Below, piece by piece: positions 11,717-22,996 of a stretch of 45,391 nucleotides of DNA. Location: positions 1-45,391 of the forward strand of contig JABANN010000265.1 of the NCBI GenBank assembly GCA_013115125.1, given 5' to 3'. Source of the stretch: Perkinsus olseni. Lineage: Eukaryota. The translations under genes and the position numbers were made by a program. Below the pieces are notes generated by a model. That model was not told the origin of the DNA. It did no database searches and saw only the letters and a program-made list of their open reading frames with translations. Numbering within the stretch: the stretch's first letter is position 1; the number at the start of each line of letters is the position of its first letter.

Positions 11717-12484
11717 CGCAACCGAACCTTCACTATTCGGTCCAGTGTTTCCAAACACACTATGACTTTTAACTCAACATCATTATCTTTTTTGAAGAAG
11801 AGGGAGATTACTACAGTGCAGACATAGCCACGAGAGTGCGATACAGATGGTTGGCTATTACTGCCAAGTAAATCAATGCCGAGATATAGTCCAACACTAC
11901 ACCGAACTATACTACAGCAAATGTATGCAATCTCACATAGCAACAGCAGCAGCAGTAGTAGCACCGTCAGTAGTAGCCATGACCTGAACTCGCTCTCCGC
12001 TCTTAGCGTCATGTACAAGCGCAAGCCTCGTTCTCGACGAAAGCGTATAGACAATACAGTAAATATAGTAGTATCAATAGAAACTCCCACGAAGCAGTTA
12101 AGGAGGAATGATATCTGCTCGCAGGCGGCTAGCTCAATCGAAAGGAATAAGTAGAAGAAGGACAGTAGGTGGGGTATAACAAACAAACCACATAGTTCCC
12201 TATTTAATCAATATCAGCACGAGCAGAAAAAAGATCATTTTCGCAAGCGTCGAATGTTCTGCCTCGGCCTCAATGCACTACGAGGAAGTATTGCTACGCC
12301 ATCAGGCTATGTACAGGACCCTAGTCCAAAGTAAACGACATAACCCTAGCAGTAGACGACGCCAACTCCAACCAACAAACACACAAGCAGCAAGAGATAC
12401 CACCCTACACCCCAGTACGGGCGATAGTCATCCTTATTACTCTTTAGCAGCGGAGACAGATGATACATTACCTCCCCAAGCAGG

Positions 12485-13623
12485 CTACATGACCTGCCCT
12501 AAATTAGCAGCTGATACGACCGCATCGCCGAGGAAGGAGGGCAGAACTCTATCACTCCAGGAGTCACCGTGACCCACCGAAGTGAAGAGCCTAGGGCCTT
12601 CCTCTCCAGCGTTGTGTGTAGTGTCTTCCAGCTCAATGATGATATCCTCATCATCAAAGTCCTCTTCATCGTCGACGCAATCCGACTCGTCAGATTCCGA
12701 GTCGCTACTGTCCGACGAACAGTCAGATTCATCCGAGAGCTCCGAGAGACAATCATCATCGCTGACATCTTCGTCCTCGTCTTCATCATGTCCATTCCGT
12801 AGCGGCACTTCCTCTTCTTCATAACCCCGGCCATATGAGCGACCGAGGTCATTAGTTTCGCCGTTGCGAGCCTTCAGACTGGCAAAGGTTGGAGGTAGAC
12901 ACAAAGGTGTCGGGATCTCCGGTAACCTGGCCGGCAATGCGCTCGAAGCCACGACCCCGGGCTCGCGCTGTTTCATAAACAGGTTAGAGCCATCTCTACT
13001 GGTCGTTATCACAAGACGCAAGCCGGACGCCTTGAGAGAACCTGAGCCGCACTACTACAGGAGAGAAGGGAAACGCCGGTCTCGGGCAGTACCCGCTCTA
13101 TTGAGCCCAGATGCGCACGTCTGCGAGGCCGAGTTCCTCCTCCTTCTAACTCCATTAGGACTCGGTATCCCACAGTAGGCGCAGAAGGCTACAAAAGGAG
13201 ACATCAGCTACTGCTGCTCCACAACACAACGCAGACACAATCCCGCACTAGCTACGTGGAAGCATGACCCTCTCCCGTCTGCCTACCTCCTCCAGCCACA
13301 GTCAGCTTGTGGCACCGACGGCAATTAGTCCACTGCCCGAACAAACTAGCTACACTTTCTGCTGAGCCTCCGTCCACAACCTCATCGTTGCTGGACGGAT
13401 TTGTTCTAGCTTCTCCTTTGGCATTGCATTGGCTCTCTATAGCAGACTCTGTGGTGGTGTTGAGAGTAGCAGTAGCAGTATCTCCAATGATCGAGACGGC
13501 GGGAACTAACGGCGGCAGCACATCTTGATAACTCATTAGCGGCAAAACTCTGCGCATCGTCAACATTCCGTCGTCCAATACCCCCCCCCCAACGCAAGCC
13601 ATAATCGAAGTCATCGGAAACAT
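12485..13623 (-). CDS. Hypothetical protein with CxxC...CxxC zinc-ribbon-like motif and long Asp/Glu/Ser tract (spliced; ends approximate)
   Basis: ORFs 13252-13623 and 12485-13021, plus an intervening exon, give CRRCH...GEAFCAYCGIP and an acidic run (DEDEDEDVSDDD...DDEEDFDDED). Confidence 0.5.
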
Positions 13624-13653
13624 GCAAGGAACATAACAACAGCCCAGTTCAAT

Positions 13654-14141
13654 CTAATCCTCATCGGCAAGACGCTCCAAACTCCGCGTCTTCATATTAG
13701 ATAACATCGCTGCAGAGAGATTGTGGAGAGGGACCCGCCGACCGGCACTACTACATTTAAACTGAGACTTGTGGATCTCTGCCTGAACCTCGTCCAAAGT
13801 GTACTGCTCAATCGGGAACTCGTAGTCCGTACCATCCTGCATTTTGAAGTGGGCCCTCGCAGGTGTGTCGTAACCATATAGCTCATACGACGTCTGAGCT
13901 CGAACAGTAACAGGCTAGAGGAGGCCCGACTGTCCTCACCTTCAGCTGGGGGAACTTCCGCTGTATCCGGTCACTCTGCATGTGCATGATGAGCCGCCTA
14001 GCCGTCTCCGTGCGAGCCCTACCAGGGTTGTACCTTAAGGCGAGATCCAGAAGGCACTCCAGCAGCGATCGTAGACTACCCAACGTGAACGCTTTCCACG
14101 TGAGCGAGTATGTCCAGCTTGTGGAAGACCTTGTACCTCAT
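13654..14141 (-). CDS. Mitochondrial ribosomal protein mL53-like small protein (about 4 exons)
   Basis: Spliced: MRYKVFHKLDILAHVESVHVG|YNPGRARTETARRLIMHMQSDRIQRKFPQLK|TSYELYGYDTPARAHFKMQDGTDYEFPIEQYTLDEVQAEIHKSQFK.... This fits the mL53 layout (V.V.F/YNP....aR..l; f.DG....; l.ei). Confidence 0.6.
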
Positions 14142-14262
14142 TTGGCCACCGAGGAGCGGCAGTCTAACACCCAAACTCCTGAGACTAAACACCGCCGTCG
14201 CCTTCAGAGCTAAACAACATGCCAGACCAGAAACTTAGTTTCACAATCGTATCAGGCATGGG

Positions 14263-15624
14263 TCAGATGCGGGACAGCTCGTTCTGTAGGATGCAACGGC
14301 GCCCACTGGTCACTGGGGTTATCCAATGCTGCAGCTTTTCGCCTCGAAACAGGACCATATCCCCTCTTTGCAGTGGCACCTTGTAGCCCTCCTCTCTAGA
14401 GCACTTGAAGCAGTTCACGCCTCCGGTAAAGTCGAGACCCGGGGTAGACAGTAGGCACACAAGCGTAACGAGAGAGTAGTTATCAACGTGCTTCTGTATC
14501 ATACCATCACCCTTACTGGTGTCGTAAACTATATATTCCATCTCGGGGTAGGAGTGCTCGTACTCGTCGAGGATGCCCCAGAGTCTGTCCGAGGCGTACT
14601 TACTAGCCGCCGAAATCTTCCGGTAGAGGTCGGGTTGTCGCAGTCTGAGCAGAGGCTGCCCACCGCCATTAGACGATAAGAGACTCATCATACCTCATTT
14701 GCACCTCGACTCTGAAGGCTCTGTGCTTGTACTCTAGATTGGCTTTACGGTCCTCAATCTGCTGGACGGTAGGATCAGCGGCAACAGCACAGACAGTGGC
14801 GATCTCAGACGCGCTGAGGAAAGCCTATAATGAGGAGTATGATAAGATATGCAGAGCAAGAAGAGCCCGCAGTACTACAGGTAAAACGATGAAGTCCCTA
14901 TAGCTCTTCGGGGATCTGAATATCGCACAAGTGGAGTCGAACCGCGCCATGCCGAAGTTATCCACAAACTCCCCGAGGCGCTTGTGGGAGAGCCTCAGGC
15001 GATAGCCCTTGAGGGCGAAGGGGGGCAACCCGTCTTTTACATGTAGACGCCTAATGAGGACGGTGACCTCCAGCCATGATAACAGGCGAAGACCATGGCC
15101 AGGAGGCAGCTGGATTGACCCGCACTACCGCGAGGATGATCTCTTAGCCGTGCCGATACTGGGGCTGCGGTCCTTGCCAGAAAAACCACTTGTGGAGACC
15201 TCGGCCGCCTCAGAGGAAGCCTTCGCCGAAGGACTAGAACAGATAACAGACGCGATGGACGCCCGCGGCCATTACCTGTCCGACCGGTGGCTGCACGAGC
15301 CGCTTTCGCTGTCGCCCGATGATGAGGATGAAGAGGAGCAGCAGCTCGAGAGCTCCTCGACTCGCGAGAGATCGCCAGTGACATGGGCTGCCGACCAGAG
15401 GAGTCTGCCTGAGTCAAGCTTGCTCACACCACCTCTCACCAACTGCAAGAACTACTGTCAGTAACGATAGGCTTGAGCCGGACCTGCTGCCCTGTCACAT
15501 GGTCAGTCCCCGGCTCGGCTCCTCTCAAACTCGCCGGCATCTTCCCCACAATGGTTTCTATTCGCGATTTCTCCGGGGAAGTAGCCAAGTCTCCCTGGGA
15601 CGCATGAGTGTAAGACGGACACAT
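14263..15624 (-). CDS. 2-oxoglutarate/Fe(II)-dependent oxygenase (prolyl-hydroxylase-like); 5' exons uncertain
   Basis: The last exon carries HVD (HxD), DFTGG, GDMVLFRG, H (LQHWITPV) and GRR, the canonical 2OG-Fe(II) dioxygenase motifs. Upstream ORFs at 15037-15624 are probable N-terminal exons. Confidence 0.8.
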
Positions 15625-16456
15625 TATAGTGGAAGCAACGGAGAGATCAACAACAAGGCCTGATAACCGCTGCTCATCTGCTTCGATGTGAATGCCTGTT
15701 CAGAAGGGGCAGAATGGTCACCACGAAAGGGGACATCACCGCGCCACGATAGCTAACGCACACAGTCGACTCTCGACTGACGTGGAAGCCTCTCGCATTC
15801 ATCTGGGCGTCGTGGGAGCAGCAGTGCTCTCGAAGTGCTTTTAGTCGGTAACCAAGGCGCTGGTTCTCTCATAGCGCCATCAAGAATCGCTAATAGCTAA
15901 AGAGGTATATTGCGCCACCCTGGACCGAATGTGCATCCTGAGGGAGTGACTCTCGGAGCCGAGCTGGTTGCTCCTGTGTGAGAGTAAACCTAGTAGGGGG
16001 ATACGCCACTATAAGTGGCTCCTCTCTGGTCAGAACTCTCAAAGGAGTCTGAAGGACCATGTCAGTACCGTCTGTCCAGATAATCCTACGACAGACTCGA
16101 GCGTGTGTGACAGTATCAAAAGGGCACCTAAATAAAGCTGCCCTCAGGCAATCTCAAGCGTGATACGTCTCGAGCACGGGGACGAAGCCATTCAAGAGAG
16201 GAATGCTGTCAAATGGACCGGCATACGCATGGGGATAGCGGGAGGGCGACAAGACCTCTTAACCATCACCAACCAGTGACTACAGAAGAGCGCCATGCGA
16301 TGCCGGCTCTCGCCCCCCCCGATCAAACTCTACGAAGGGAGAGAATGCTCAGGGGCCAACAGCTAGCTCACTGTGGGCGATTCCCTTCGCATACGTTGAA
16401 CCAACTGGTTACCAAACCGAAAGCAAGAGCGCAAGATTCAAGAGAAAAAATGAGAG

Positions 16457-16533
16457 AAAATCACTCTGCTCAAGGATGGAACCAGGATCACACGCGCGTG
16501 TGACTGGACGCTCTACCACTACACCATTCTCCC
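16457..16533 (-). ncRNA. tRNA-like Pol III element (pseudo-tRNA or tRNA-derived ncRNA)
   Basis: A-box TGGTGTAGTGG (16526-16516) starts at tRNA position 8, followed by B-box-like GGTTCCATCC (16483-16474) and then TTTT. The acceptor stem does not pair, so it is not a canonical tRNA. Confidence 0.5.
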
Positions 16534-16830
16534 AAGAACCTTACGATGGGACCGCGCGCGAGACCCGCGCCGCGAGTCTGCTGTCTCGGCGGTGAGACAC
16601 CTGGAGGCGAGTTCGTTGAAGCCTTCTACACAGGCGTGCGGTCTCGCGTGCCTCAGGCTAGCAGATAGGGACAGTCCAGGACTTAGGAGACAGGACGAGT
16701 ATCGAGATTCCTCCGCTAGACAGACTGAGGTTTTGCTCGGCCGGACTGAGGTATGCTCACGGCTCAGTAATTTATCTTTTGGCTTTTGTAGTTGGACCCC
16801 TAATGCCCATCAATACCCAGTCTTGATTGA

Positions 16831-19450
16831 ATGCCCTCCTTGAAGAACCCCCTCCACCCCCCTGCTGTGCCTGCTTTCGACCTTTGGCTGGCCCTTTTCT
16901 GCGGAGTGGTCACATGCTGCTCCTCCTTCATGATCTTCACCCCCGCTGTCACGGAAGTCTTCTCGGCTAACTTTCTGGTAAGGCCCGTCCACGGATTCAC
17001 TCCCCAACGACGTATGTCCAATGCAGTAACTCGCCCTTTCTCAGATACTTGGCGTAGTGATAGCGATCATCACAGCGCAACTAACTGTAGCGGACGCGAT
17101 CGAGTGGACCGCCAAAACTGTGATAGCCTCGTGGTATGGCGCTGGCTTGGGATGTCTAGTGGTAGTATTCGTGACAGCGGTTAACCATGGGAACTACGAT
17201 CCTTATATTGGCACCTTGGTGGCCGTCCCCTTTGCTATTCTGGTCTGTCTGGCTGAGCAATCTAGTGTTACGTACTGCAAGTTGAGCTCTATTTATCGAG
17301 GAGATAAGGCTCTCTTGTTAATTCTTATTGTTGTTGTTTTCGGTGGTGACGACCCTTACTGGGTCGCACTCACCGCTGCACTCGCCTACACTATTGGGAC
17401 CACCATCCCCCTCCTCGGCACTCTGCTACTCTGGGCGTTCCGTATCCTACCCCAAAACGGGCCTCCAGCGATACCGATGTTCGCCCATACAGTAGCTGCC
17501 TACTTCCAAGAGACTACCGCTGTTGCGCCTGTTGGTGAAGTCCAGGAGCAAGAGTTGGACTATCTATGGACGCAGGTTAACAAGGCCTACATGGCCGCCC
17601 TCCGCACACCGGATCTTCACCTTCGCGGCATCATGTTCTCTATGGTATCCTCCCTGGGTACTGTGCGACACTCGCTGAAATTCGCCGCGTACAGTGAGTC
17701 AGCCGTAGAGTATCTTTGGGAGCCTTTAGACTTCACTCTTAGCACGATCAGAGTTGAAGTTATTTGTCGGCTGCGCGCTGGTCACGACGATCGCGTCTTT
17801 AAGGCCGACCTGGGTGAGCTGTCGAGAGATCTACGGCGGAGGGTAACAGAGGCTACGGCTCACTACATGGAGGCAAGAGCTGAAGGCCGAGCGAAGGCCA
17901 TAGCCGAGTCCGAGTTGGCGAGGTTCGGATTTGCTACGCGAGAGATTGCCCGATTCACTGCCTTGCTGGGTGATTTTATCTTCAGACTCGAGAACCCTCC
18001 GTCCAGGATTCGAACCGGATGGGAATTGGTTAAATTCAAAGTCAAGGAGTGGCTCAAAAGGCCCCTGTTCGAGTCGCTGAACCCACCGACGCCGTGGAGG
18101 TTTCGACTGGCGTTTCCTATCCGATCTGGTTTGGGTGGCTGTATAGCAGCATGGATTATACTGGGCATTGGGGAGGCCTTGGAGGAGGTCCAGCAGTACG
18201 GTTTGTGGATGCTGCTGCCCTGTGTCTTCTGCTTCCTACCTACTCCGGGCGCCTCGCTGGTGAAGGGCAGTCGAAGAATTATTGGTACTATTCTTGCTGG
18301 TATCATAGCGGTGGTGTGCGTCTCCATCCACCCCTACAACGATGCCGCCTTTCTTGTAGAGCTCTTTGTCATATCCTTCGCGGGCAAGCTCATGAAGTGC
18401 CATCCGAATGTCGACTACGCCGGCTTGGTCTTCGCCTTCACTTGGTCTATCGTCGGCCTTCTTGCAGGGACGGACGGCCATCTGGAGGAGGGTGACATGA
18501 TCCTCCGCTCCTTGTACAGGGCGGTTCTAACACTTTGCGGGGTCATCCTTGCGACGTTGATATCGGCCCTGGTCTTGCCCGTGTTTGCCTACGGCCGGCT
18601 TACCCGAGCCACGGCCCGCAGTCTGCAGATGATCGGTGACACTGTTGCTGAGTGTGTCGATAGGATACAGACAGCGACTGTAGCCGACAGGCTCCCGCCA
18701 GGCTCAGTGGACGAGCGGGTCGTCAGCATCGGTGATGAGCTTATGAAGCACCACCAGGAACGCTGGTCGCAGGTTATGGACGCTACCGTCGAGACCAAGC
18801 TCTTCTCTCTCCTCCGTGGCTATTTCAGATCCGAGGAGCGTCGGGTCAATGCGTCCCACATTATTGCGGCTCAGCCACTGCTTGATAGGCTCAACAGGAG
18901 GACTATGGTGGTGGTCAGTGCCGCTGCCTCCTTCCATCCGAGTTGGAAATCCCTGAGTCCTGAGCTGGAGCGAGCCTTGCAAGCTCTGACCGTCTTTGCA
19001 GAGGATATGCGAACCGCTGCCCAGGAACTCGCAGGGGTGACCTTGAAGCATGGCAGCCACCTTGGTCTGTGGGAGTCCCGCACCGGTAGGTTCGACGAGG
19101 CAGTCTCCTTGCTTGGGAAGGTTGAGCGTCTCATGGGCGAGGCTCGGCAGAAAATACAGAAGGCACGTAAGAAGGTGGCAAGTAACGGTGACGGCAATGG
19201 TAACTGTGTGCCGGAGGAGAGCGATCTAGATGACCTCTACTCGCTGGTTCGGGCCTTGGGTGTCTTCGTAGAAGCTTGGAAGCATGTTGAGTATATGATG
19301 TACTTTGGCTACTTGAGAGGCTCCATCAACCCCTTCGACTTAAAGACGATGCAAAGCAAGAGTATCGACATGAGCAGGCGGACGTCTACCGGTGGTGTGC
19401 CGCGGCTAAGGACTCACTCCTTCGCTCCGCCATTATCTGGACAAGTATAA
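16831..19450 (+). CDS. ALMT/FUSC (aromatic acid exporter) family transporter, copy 1 (about 850 aa; exons 16831-16977, 17045-19450)
   Basis: One phase-0 GT-AG intron. Motifs LW...CVFCFLPTPGASLVKGSRRIIGTILAG and YAGLVFAFTWSIV..YRAVL match the ALMT/FUSC_2 TM block (GATLxKGxNRxxGTxxxG; YGxxxFxLTF; R). Confidence 0.88.
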
Positions 19451-20208
19451 TTGCTACAATCAACTGTATAATCTTCATCGCCTCATGTAGTTTTTCATGC
19501 AGGATTTCGTATGAGCTCCGTGGGAAATTTTGATAACGTTGTATTCTCATCACCACTGCCGCCAAGGATTTTACTCCCTACTGGCCGTCTTGCGTTGCGG
19601 GCAGTTCCTAATTACGGTCGTCGAGTTGTATTGCACAGGTCTCAGGCAACGATGAATCGGGTCCTTGTCCCTTTCGGCGAAGTGCGGTGATGGAGGTACT
19701 ATTGTGGGGCATGCTGGAAGGTGGTATGCTTGGCATTTAATCATCATCGTGGCTTGTAATACCATTGCGACCGGAGTCGAACGGCAACTCGGTAGTCCAT
19801 AGAGGAATTGCGTCTGGATTCTTGCCGACAGTGGCGTGATACGACGATTGCAATCCTCATTTTTGTGTAAGAGTCGCTGCCTCTCATACTAGATAGTATG
19901 GTGACTGCTTCAGCTACGGCATGGCTATTGACATGGACTCTATCCGGTCCCTTCAGGAGTTTCGATCTAGGTTTGAGTAAGCGACAGAGCGTGCGAAGGC
20001 TGGGTAGGGTGGTCGCTACCCCAGAGGACTCTTTGAGTCGGAAATAGCTCAGTCAGGACTCGGGAGGAGCTGATTGAAGTCTTGCAGGAGATCTCGGTTG
20101 TGAACTTGGATTTTTGCGCCCTGCCTTGCAGGACCTGTACTGGCGTGTTCCCAGGAGGGAATGCTCGCGGTACCTTTCTTCCCGATAGTTTTGAATTTCT
20201 TTGTATGC

Positions 20209-22849
20209 ATGCCATTCACTTCCTCGCCGCCGTCCATTCTATCATATGATTTCTTTTCAGCGGTGCTGTCTGGCCTGGCAGCCTGCGCTTGCTTTTATGC
20301 CGGCCTACTGCCGATTGGAGACTTATCAGGGTTGTCGGTAATACCTGGGGGAGGGGTCTGTTCTAGGAGTAATGGCTCGTATTAGGAGCGTGTCCTTTGG
20401 CAGGTATTAGCTCCCGTGTGGGCCGGTGTCGTTACCTATATCGACATCAAAACAACTGCTGATTGGTGCTTAAAGAGCATAGCCGCAGCCATCATCGGCG
20501 CTGTGGTTGGCATCGGTGTCGGCTCGGCAGTCCATGCCTTCGTCTCAGTAGATTTCGTACAGTACGTCGGCGTGGTAGTTATGATACCATTCGCAATGGT
20601 ATTAGCGTTGAGCGAGCCTTCGACGGGCTGTAAGCTGACCCACGTTTATCGGTATGATGTGGCTCTGGTGACCTCATATGTGGTCGTTGCCTTCGGTCCT
20701 GGGGATGTTCTCACGAGATCACTTGTGATTTGTCTGAGCTTCGTCGCTGGCTCGTTGGTGCCACTGGCTCTTGTAGTGCTCGCTAACGCTGTTTGGGAAG
20801 TTCCTCGGGCGACGGCCCCTGCCCTGCCAGCGTTCGCGACTCGCGCTGCCGGCTTCTTCGAGATGCTGGCCACCCTTGCGATGACGGGAGAGTGCCAGGC
20901 GGAGTGGCTAGACAAGGAGCGCCTAGAATTCGAGAAAGTCTGGGGAGAGGCAATGAGGGTCGTGACCACAGATCCTCACTTGAGGGCTGTCATCTATCGG
21001 ATGGCTGCCGAGCTTTTCGCCATGCGGAAAACTATAAGGGGCGGGCTGTACAGCGAAGGCATTCTGGAGGTCATGTGGAACTCGCTGCTGGCGGATATTA
21101 CCGAACTGCGCCTTCAAGTTGTATTCTGGTTGCGAACGCTCACTAGGCCGAGAAGTCGGGACCCGAAAGAAGTCGAGGGACCCCACTTGAAAGAGAACGC
21201 AGCGAAACTTGAGGCCTTGCTGCTTGAGAAATCACTGGACTACAGCCGTCTGCAGGTCTCAGGCCGATCGAGGATCGTGCCCGCTGAGGATGTGGTGCGC
21301 TTTCAATATGCCTGCTCAGCCATGACCAGGTTTGCTGTCCTCGCGCAGGAGTTCCATGAGATACTGCGAGCTAAAGAAGAGGACATGGACGGAAGCCGCA
21401 GAGCGGTAATACAGGGCATAATTTCGTGGCGCGCGGTCAGACGTGACTTTTTTATTCCAGAGGTTGAGCAGTTTTTGGAAGTATATCAAGCGCGTTTGGG
21501 ACTATTGGAAGCACTGGCTACGGATTCCATGGTTTTCCAGCGGTCCCTTTAGCGGGAAGATATCGTCGAGACTGGCATTTCCAGTTCGCCTTGGTCTCTC
21601 TCTTACAATAGCGTGTATATTAGTTATAACCTGGGCCCGAGCGATGCCCTCCATGGCCCCTCACGCCCTGTGGGGCGTCCTCCCGGTTATGTTCTGTCTG
21701 GTACCGACGGCTGGAGCATCTTTGGTGAAGGGAACTCGTCGTATGGTGGGTACTGTCTTGGCGTCCGGTATAGCCATCGCTTGTGTGGCGATCCATCCTC
21801 ACAATATGGAAGCATTTTTTGTTGAACTTTTCATTATAACTTTCGTTGGTAAACTGGCTAGCTTCAAGCCTAAAATTGGCTACGCTGGCCTAGTATTCAG
21901 TTTGACCTGGACGATCATTGCGATCATGCCAGCGACCTTCGACGGTGACGAGCCATTCAGGACTGTACTCACCTCGGCGCTTTGGCGGATGGCGCTGACT
22001 AGCACTGGTGTAGCAGCGGCCACAGTGATGTCTTGGATCGTTTTCCCGACGTTTTCTACAACGAAAATGGAGCGCCTGACGGCCTGGGAGTTGGTCTCGC
22101 AGGTAAATTTGGTCACCACTGCCTTGGAGCGGCTCGTAGGGATTCATCAACCCGAAGCCAGCTCGGAAGCGGTGGGACCGGAGGTTGGCGGTGTTCTCTA
22201 TTTGTCCAGCGCTGAGCGCCACGCCTTGGAGTTGGATGCCAATGCCGAAGCCGCGATACTTGGAAAATTGAGGGCGCTGGGGCTCCCGACTCTGCGAGTA
22301 TTGGACGTGCAGGGGGATATCGACCGACTTGGCCGGAGCGCTATAGTGGCCCATGTGGCCATGACTGATTGCGCTATGGTCATCGAGGACCCAGCCGCCG
22401 GAGAGCTCTTAGAGCCACTCAAAGGCCTTTTATCGGGCATTGTGATGGCCCTGAAAGATTCGGTGTCGAGGGTTGTATTGTTCATAGTAGACACTAGCAA
22501 TCTGATGCCTGATGGACTGCAGAGTTCGGCACATATGCGAGACCCTGGGGTGCAGCTGCAACGGACGTATGATGCCTTTGTGAGACTGAGAGAGAAGCTT
22601 ATCACTTTGCCAGTGGATGGCAACTCGGACCTCATGGCCAACGTCCTCAGCTCTGGCGGCATCCGCTTTTACCACGCTATTTATACACTCTCGCTGTTCA
22701 TCGAGGACTGGCGGGATATTGAATCTTCTCTGCGCGGTTTTGATGGTGGACCGGCGAGAGATGTTGATGCTGTAGACGCTGTGCCTCTTGAGGTGGAAGA
22801 TCTTGCTGTCGCTCCGGTGTCCCTCCCTAGAATTGCCCCGACATCATAG
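20209..22849 (+). CDS. ALMT/FUSC family transporter, copy 2 (about 839 aa; exons 20209-20337, 20404-21405, 21461-22849)
   Basis: Two phase-0 GT-AG introns join the ORFs in frame. Motifs GASLVKGTRRMVGT, YAGLVFSLTW, WRMAL. Confidence 0.88.
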
Positions 22850-22996
22850 CGATGCCTCGGAACGTCGGCTGATTTGTTCTCGTTTGTAAGTGTCATATGA
22901 TTTTTCAACCAACCTTTCAACCCTGCTTGCGTTCACCGGGGCTACTGAGTGAGTGGTCGGACGCCCTGTTTCCCGTAGTGGCTTTATTACTGTAAT

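Noticed and set aside
12124-12141. GGCGGCTAGCTCAATCG, resembling a tRNA 5' end
   Set aside because: No B-box/T-arm or cloverleaf follows.
16621-16629. GCCTTCTAC as U5 snRNA loop I
   Set aside because: It mismatches the invariant GCCTTTTAC and has no closing stem.
17714-17725. WEP in the first soluble domain taken as the plant ALMT WEP fingerprint
   Set aside because: It aligns with LLEP/LLDP of the second repeat, later in the domain than the ALMT fingerprint, and is WHP/WNS in other copies. Probably coincidental.
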